From assembly GCA_033442325.1 (NCBI GenBank), contig JAWQFM010000010.1, forward strand, positions 230,930 to 294,929: a stretch of DNA of 64,000 bases, in the 5' to 3' direction. Below the pieces are notes generated by a model. The model was not told where the DNA came from. It made no database searches and saw nothing but the letters and a program-made list of their open reading frames with translations. Both the position numbers and the translations under genes were made by a program. This document shows, one piece after another, positions 48,994-64,000 of this stretch (its first letter is position 1; each line of letters starts with the position of its first letter). The stretch is from Salpingoeca rosetta. Lineage: Eukaryota > Protista > Choanoflagellata.

Positions 48994-50934
48994 ACAAACA
49001 CACACACACGCAGACGCACGCGCGCACACACAGATAGGCAGACAGAAAGACACACCTGTGCGCAGCTGAAAGGGTTGTGGCGTCGTGGATCGAGAAACTC
49101 ACAAAGCGGGTTCCGTCCTGTCGTGAACAGGGAATCACATGCAGGAGTCACTCAGCAGATAGACATGTCGAGTGTTGTACGATCACATGCAGGCATGCAT
49201 ACATACGCATACGTACATACATCTTTCTACACACACACATTCACTACGTTCTACACGCAAGTACACACACATACACACGCATACACACATGTGTACAAGA
49301 CCTTGTATTGCCAGTCGCGGTCGCGTGTGTCCGCCTGCTGGGGCTGCTCGTCCAGGTGATGGTGATGGTGATGGTGATGGTGCGTCACAGGAAGCGATGA
49401 CGACGATGATGCCACTGCGCTCGAAGAAGTCGCACTCGCATGCAGATGTTGTGGCGGTGGCGGTGGCACGGACACGCTCAGAACTTGATGCGTGCTGCTT
49501 GGTGGCTGCATGTCTTGCTGGTGTTGCTGGTGCTCTGCATTGCTCGCAGTCTCAGCAGGCCTGTGCAGTTGTTCTCGATCGTGCTCTCCCGGCTGCTGTT
49601 CCTGCTGTTGCTCATACAGCTGGCTCGCGTCATGGTCGTGCGGGGGCACGTGTTGTTGTGCCACGCTGGCGTGGTGATGTGACGGTATGCTCTCAGATGC
49701 CACTGGCATGTGACTGGCCAGTGTTGTGTGGTGCGTTGGCGCCGTGTACGCGTCGACAGCGCCATGTCCGTGCACATGCGAGTGTGTATGTGCGTGTGAG
49801 TGTGGCAGTGCTGAGTGCTCCGTGGGCGCAAGTGGCGGTGTTGGCGGTGGCAGGGATGCTGGGTGCGCTGCTTGTCTGTGGTCGTGAAACGTGAGCGACG
49901 CGGGTGGAAAGTGCTGGTGGTGATGTAAACTTGGTGGCGGTGGCGGTAAGAGCGAGGGCGCATCTGATACAGACGGCCGCTGCTGCTGCTGTTGCTGCTG
50001 TTGCTGCTGCTGTGGAGGGGGAGGAGGCGGAGGCGGAGGCGGAGGAGGAACTTGTGGTTGTTGTCGTTGGTGGTGGTGCTGTTGTTGCTGCTGTTGTTGT
50101 TGCTGTTGTTGTTGCTGCTGTTGCCGCTGTTGTTGGGGCTGTTGTTGCTGTGGTCCGTGGTGGTGATGATGGTGCACGACGACTGATGGCTGCGTTGTTG
50201 CTGATCGGACGTCTATTTCTGGTGTATGCGCCTCTTCCTCTTCGTGTTGTTGCTGTCTCTGCTGCTGCTGTTGTTCTTGGTGACTTGCTTGTAGTGCGGT
50301 CTCACTTGACGGCAAGCGAGTGGCGGAAGCACGTGACCCTTCATCACCTTTGCTTGCGTTTTCTCGTCCCTGCTGCTGTTGTGATTGTGGTTGTGGTTGC
50401 TGTTGTGGTTGTGGTTGCTGCTGCTGCTGCTGCTGCTGCTGCAGCTGTTGCTGTTGTTGTGGTAGTTGTCCTGGCTCTGATGGTACTTGTGATGCCTGCG
50501 AGCTTCGCTGTGGCTGGGATGGTTGCTCCTGATGTAGCTGCTGTTGCTGAGAGGGCTGGCTGCTGGACGGGACACTGTCACCGTGGCGCTGCTGCAGCTG
50601 CGGCTGTGGTGCTTGGGCAGCACTCACCGCCACGCCTTCGTGTTGGGTAACGTGAGCAAAGCCACCAGCATGCGACCCGTACTGCTGCTCTTGTTGTTGT
50701 CGTTGTTGCTGTTGGTTGTGGCTGTCGTGGTGGTGTGGTTGTTGTGGGTACTCGTGTGGTTGATGTGTTGCGTGTGAATGCGGGGTTGTATGCGGATGTT
50801 GATGCGCCATGTGGTGTTGCGGCGGCTGGGGTGGTGGCGGCACGTGTGGGCTTTGCATGGGATAATACGGCTGCTGACCAACATGCACGTGTTGCATGTG
50901 CTGGTGAGGATAGTGGGTCTGCTGCTGCTGCGGC

Positions 50935-50971
<37 letters not shown>

Positions 50972-53900
50972 GGTGTTGCGAGAGCGGGTAATGTGAGGGC
51001 AGGTGCTGCTGTTGAACAGCATGGGGAGGAGGCGGGTGTGGATGGTAATGTGCGTCAGGTAGCTGTGGGTGCGGAGGCAATGATGCTGGCGGCGGTGGCG
51101 GAGGCGGAGGTGCATTGTTAAAGGTCTGTGGAAGAGGGGCATGTGGGTCGTGTGCCATGTCTGGGTGTGGTTGAAAGTGCGGTTGCGGGTGGTGGTAGTG
51201 CTGCTGCTGTTGCATCTCATGTTGTTGTTGCTGTTGTGGGTGCACCACCGCTGCTGCTGATGATGAAGACGGCACTGCAGCGAACGGCTCTGCTCCAATC
51301 CAGTCCTGTCCACGTGCATTGACATCGCCGCCATCGTGTGAGCGAAACGGTGGCTGAAATGCGGGAAAAGGGAGGAGAGTTCGGGTCAACTCAGGGAATG
51401 AGTGCGCCGATGGCATATGGAGTCATACAGAGAAGGTGCATGGGACCAAAACGCCACGTGATGAGATGTCATGCATCACATAAAAAAAAATACAGGTGGA
51501 CCAGGGGAGAGCGTGCAAGGGTAAGAGGGGGGGGGGTGTCACAACCAAACCCAAACCACCGACACCACTGCTGCGACCACCGACACCACGAACGGCAACA
51601 ACACCAGCGAGAGCAAGGAATGACAAGCGCACCCTCCATCCTTCCGTGTGTCTGGAGGGTGAACTGTATTGACCACTGCCGTCGGGTTGAGCTGTGGACA
51701 CGGCTGCTGCCGCCGCAGCACTGCTGGTAGCCTGTCAACAGGGCATGAGTGAGTGAGTGAGTGAGTGAGTGAGTGAGTGAGTGAGTGAGTGAGTGAGTGA
51801 GTGAGTGAGTGAGTGAATAAGTGGGTGGAACACATGAGGTGCGCGGCCAAGGCTTGTGTACGTGTTTCCTGTGTGAGAATGTTGCAGCCATGCACTGACA
51901 CCACGACCGCACGGCATACGAACCGCGGTCGATGACGGGGACTGTTTGTGTCGGGGATGTGCACTTGAGGGCCGCATTCGTTCCAACTCGGCCCGCTGGT
52001 GCTCGGGCATCGACTGCACAAACGCCTCCCACTCCTCATCGTGCTGCATCCGGCAACACAGGGTTGGTGGTGGCGGTGGTCAAGGGGCAGGTGGTGCCAG
52101 GAAGAGTTGTTCCATGGCGCAAAGCGGAGAGCGTGGTTTCCAAAACACAGAGAGAGTCAGGCACACAGCGCCCAGAGACATGACCAGTGAGCTGGGCAGA
52201 TGCATTACACAACGCCAAGCGACGTCACGCACTTGAACCCCCCCCCCTCCAACACCCCCCCCCCACACACAAACAAATGAAACCAACACACAAATAGATG
52301 CAATTCGCACCTTTGACCACATCTGGTCGAGGCGGCGTGCATATGACGCCTTGACCTCCTCGGAGAGCGCCTGCCACTGCGCCGCAATGTGACGCACCGC
52401 ATCCGCTGCAACGGGAAAGGGCGTTGATAGTGGTGGCGGTAGTTGTGTGGAAGTGAGGATGGTGGTGTCATTTCAAGATGTGGTGAGCAACGAGCTAACG
52501 AAAGAGCACGCACGCAGCTAACACAGACACAGAGACACAGAGACACACCGACACACAGACACACACACAGACAAACACAGACACACACACAGACACACAC
52601 ACACACACACACGCGTGCACGCGTATGCAGGCACAGGCACAGAAGACATGAATGCTCTCGATGTATGACGTACTGAATGGGACATCTGGCATGGTGGACC
52701 GAACTTCCTGCAAGAAGAGCAGGTAGCCGGATCGTGGGGGCGGTTTTGGAGCGTCGAGGGTCAGTTTCGGCTTCTTGGCCTGTTCCATGAGCAAAGCAGC
52801 GAGGGTGTGATGACCTTGTTAGCAGATGAAGCATGCGCGACTCGAAGTGGCGGACATAACAACAAGAACAAGAACAAGAGCAAGAACAAGAGCAAGAACA
52901 AAACTGCCATGACATACGGGAAGTCGTGCAAGCTTCTTGTCAACTTTCGCTTCCGGATGCACGTGCTGTAAATTTCATGAGCACCAAGAAGATACATGTG
53001 AGCGCGTGTGCGTGCATGCGCGTGCATGCATGGCTGTTATTTGCATTCAAGGAGGTGTGCCCACAGGTCCACGTTGCCTTACGTAAAACTTGTCCATTTC
53101 CGCGTAGTAACGCTCCATGGCCTCCGCAGCGCGCTGCTTGTACACGTCCTGACCACAACGCAACAGTCAAGCAAGTGGTCGTTGAAAGTCATCATACGCA
53201 CGTGCGTAATCCAACATAAATCAGACATGTCAGCACATGAACACACACCCACACACCCACACCCACCCACACCCACACCCACACCCACACCCACACCCAC
53301 ACCCACACCCACACCCACACCCACACCCACACCCACACCCACACACACACACACATACACACGCGCACACACACACACATGTGCACGCGTAGAGTGAGCA
53401 GGGCACCTTGACGTTCTCTGGGATGTCACGCCATCGCTCGCCGAGGACGCGTTGGATGACACGCGCTTGTGCATCCGGCATTTCCACGCGTATTGACTCT
53501 CGTTGGTCCTGACACACACACAAACACACGCAGACACGCAGACACACACACACACACACACACACACGTAAACACACACACACACACACACACAGTAAAC
53601 ACACACATGCATGGATGTCAGAGCGTGCTCGTGTGTGTGTGTGTGTTTGCGGCAACAAGCAAAGCAGGTTCTTCTTGTGCGCGCATCGGTCCGTTGGTGC
53701 ACGTGGCCGGCGAAGGAGTGGCATGCAACAGATCAGACAGAGCACGCGCAGGAACACCGCACCTCTGCCCAGAGGAAGAATGCAGACATGGGCCGCTTCG
53801 GGAAGTCTGGGTAGAGCTATCATCGTGCAGCACAGGCGAGGCAGCACGAAGTAAGCACATCCCCATGTTGGTCTTCACGTGAATCAAAACGTGAACAGCC

Positions 53901-55067
53901 ATGTCACTCCCATTCACCAACTCCTGCAAGTACACACGCAGCCAGCCCGCCAGACAGATACACAGGCAGCACGCCAGACAGTCAAACAGACACAACACAC
54001 AGTCACATACACAAACAGCCAGACACATGCATAGACACGTACGTCTTGCGCCTTTAAGCGCTGGGGATGTCTGCGCATGTTGGCAACCTTTGTGTACTGT
54101 GTTGGCGTCAGGACGTTCCCCTATGATTCAAAAAGCACATCACAGGAGTGTAAGGTCGAATTCAAGCGCGCGTGCACATGTCAGCAGGCAAGCCATCAAG
54201 TGTCGCAGCTTGCAGGCCATCAGGTGCTCGCTGGGACGACATGCCATACCGTCGCTTTGGCTCCGTTGAAGTTCTTCTGCACGATCCGCGCAATCTCCAA
54301 GTTGGTTCTGCGTTTGGGGACCTGTTGGTGTGGCACACGCAAGCCAGCACACGTTGTTATGTGAGTCGGGGTCATGCAGATACGCGTGACTGTGTGTGTG
54401 TGTGTGTGTGTGCGTGTGTGCGTGTGCGCGTATGCACGTGTGTGCATGTGTGTGCACGTGTGATACAGGTCGAGTTCAACAACAGTTGTACCCGTCTTAA
54501 CACCCACACCCACACCCACACCCACCCACACCCACACCCACACACACCCACACATAAAACACACACACACACATAAAACACAACACAACACAACGTGCAC
54601 ACCTCTTTTGCGAGGTGCTCCCAACGCTCCTTGGCCTCTTGCCCCGACATGCCCTCTGGGGCAATGGCGTCCCAATCCACCCAGTCGTTGTCTCGTGCAT
54701 ACTGTCGGCCGTGTGCGTTTTGTGCGGCGGATGGCGTGTGATGTGAGTTGTTGGGTGTGGGTGTGATGTGAGTTGTTGGGTGAGTTGGATCCATTGTGCG
54801 CTGTACTGTGTGGCCAGTGTGCCATGTGATGGCAGCAATAGGCATAGGCGTGAGCACGAGGCTGGGCCGATGGTGCGTGCAGACTACACGCTGCAGTTGG
54901 TGCCACGTACGCAGGCGTCGGCGTCGGCTTCCTCCAATGCGGAAATCACGCCACGAATGATCCGCTGATCCGTCTCGCACCACCACACTGCCAGCCGCAC
55001 GCACGGTGACATGGCAAACAAACGTGAGTGCACGGCAAACAAGCCGGCTGCGCCCTAGTCCTTGCAA

Positions 55068-55105
<38 letters not shown>

Positions 55106-55155
55106 AATCACTCACATGGGAAGCGGGCGTCCGCAGAGCGTTTCTTCTTCCCCAT
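48462..55155 (-). CDS. UBF (UBTF)-like HMG-box protein: N-terminal SANT-like dimerisation domain, two HMG boxes, Q/H/P-rich region and C-terminal WWE-like domain (~17 exons)
   Basis: Exons join in frame: MGKKKRSADARFP|LWWCETDQRIIRGVISALEEADADAC|YARDNDWVDWDAIAPEGMSGQEAKERWEHLAKE|VPKRRTNLEIARIV..|..|LYPDFPKRPMSAFFLWAE|DQRESIRVEMPDAQARVIQRVLGERWRDIPENVK|DVYKQRA..; box 2 PKPPPRSGYLLFLQE...IAAQWQALSEEVKASY; end WQYKDGTRFVSFSIHDATTLSAAHRAWKKAGSPDDPIELSLLNSDCVVINFESMTCHPPAATEPMKMRSKPIKS*. Confidence 0.85.
53243..53341. repeat. (CACACC)n hexanucleotide repeat in an intron
   Basis: Seen directly; source of the PTPT/VWVW/CGCG ORF artefacts. Confidence 0.9.
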
Positions 55156-55178
55156 GACTGCTGTCGCTGCTGTCTGTG

Positions 55179-55209
<31 letters not shown>

Positions 55210-55678
55210 GTGTGTGTGTGTGTGTGTATCAACCACTCTTGCTGTTGAAGGCTGACTCTCTGAATCACAGTCCTCAACACGGGGGTGACACCAGGAAGAG
55301 GAAGGACGTGCGCAGCGAGCGGGTTGGTGCTTGTAGAAAATTTATGGGCAACGTGGCAACTCGTCCCAACTCATGAGAACATGAGACCAGCAACTGTCTC
55401 GCAACACACACACACACACATGTACACACACACACACACAAGCAACACGCAACACGCAACACACAACACAACACAACACAACACACATACACACGCACGC
55501 ACACACACACGCACGCACACACACACACACATCCAATTGGGAGGAATCAACAGGCATGAGGAAACAAGGGCAAAAGAACAAGCGGGTAACTAAGAACTGC
55601 TCGTGTGCCAACTGGCGAAAAGAAAGCGGGCACACACCGCATCAACAACAGACACCACCGCCATCTCTCAAACGCAAA

Positions 55679-63920
<8,242 letters not shown>

Positions 63921-64000
63921 CAGCCATCAACCCCGCCCACACACATGTGTCCTTCCTTGTCCGAATCCAAAGCAAGTAACAAGTAAGTCTGCGTGTTCTT

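Overview
Intron-rich eukaryotic genomic DNA. Introns are packed with (CA)n/(GT)n microsatellites, and the gene content is animal-like (receptor tyrosine kinase, PDZ protein, Tyr-motif tails). This points to a choanoflagellate, most likely Salpingoeca-like (inference). Most entries in the ORF track are microsatellite artefacts. Manual splicing at GT-AG sites gives about 11 genes: an anoctamin (partial), KIF16B-type kinesin-3, a bacterial/algal-type SLC13/TrkA-C transporter, a SAM + Ser/Thr kinase with a very large activation-loop insert, a small orphan, KIF22/Kid kinesin-10, a triple-PDZ protein, an intronless amnionless-like type I membrane protein, an RlmM/FtsJ-like 2'-O-methyltransferase, nibrin (NBS1), a UBF-like HMG-box protein with a C-terminal WWE-like domain, and a receptor tyrosine kinase with an EGFR-like L-CR-L-CR ectodomain and its own juxtamembrane EGF module (5' end unresolved). 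The three most notable items are apparent pre-metazoan versions of animal systems: the EGFR-like RTK, amnionless and UBF. Many introns also show a GT-repeat-then-AC-repeat polarity that could fold them into hairpins. All family assignments come from motif recognition by eye, with no database searches, and exon boundaries are manual and approximate.
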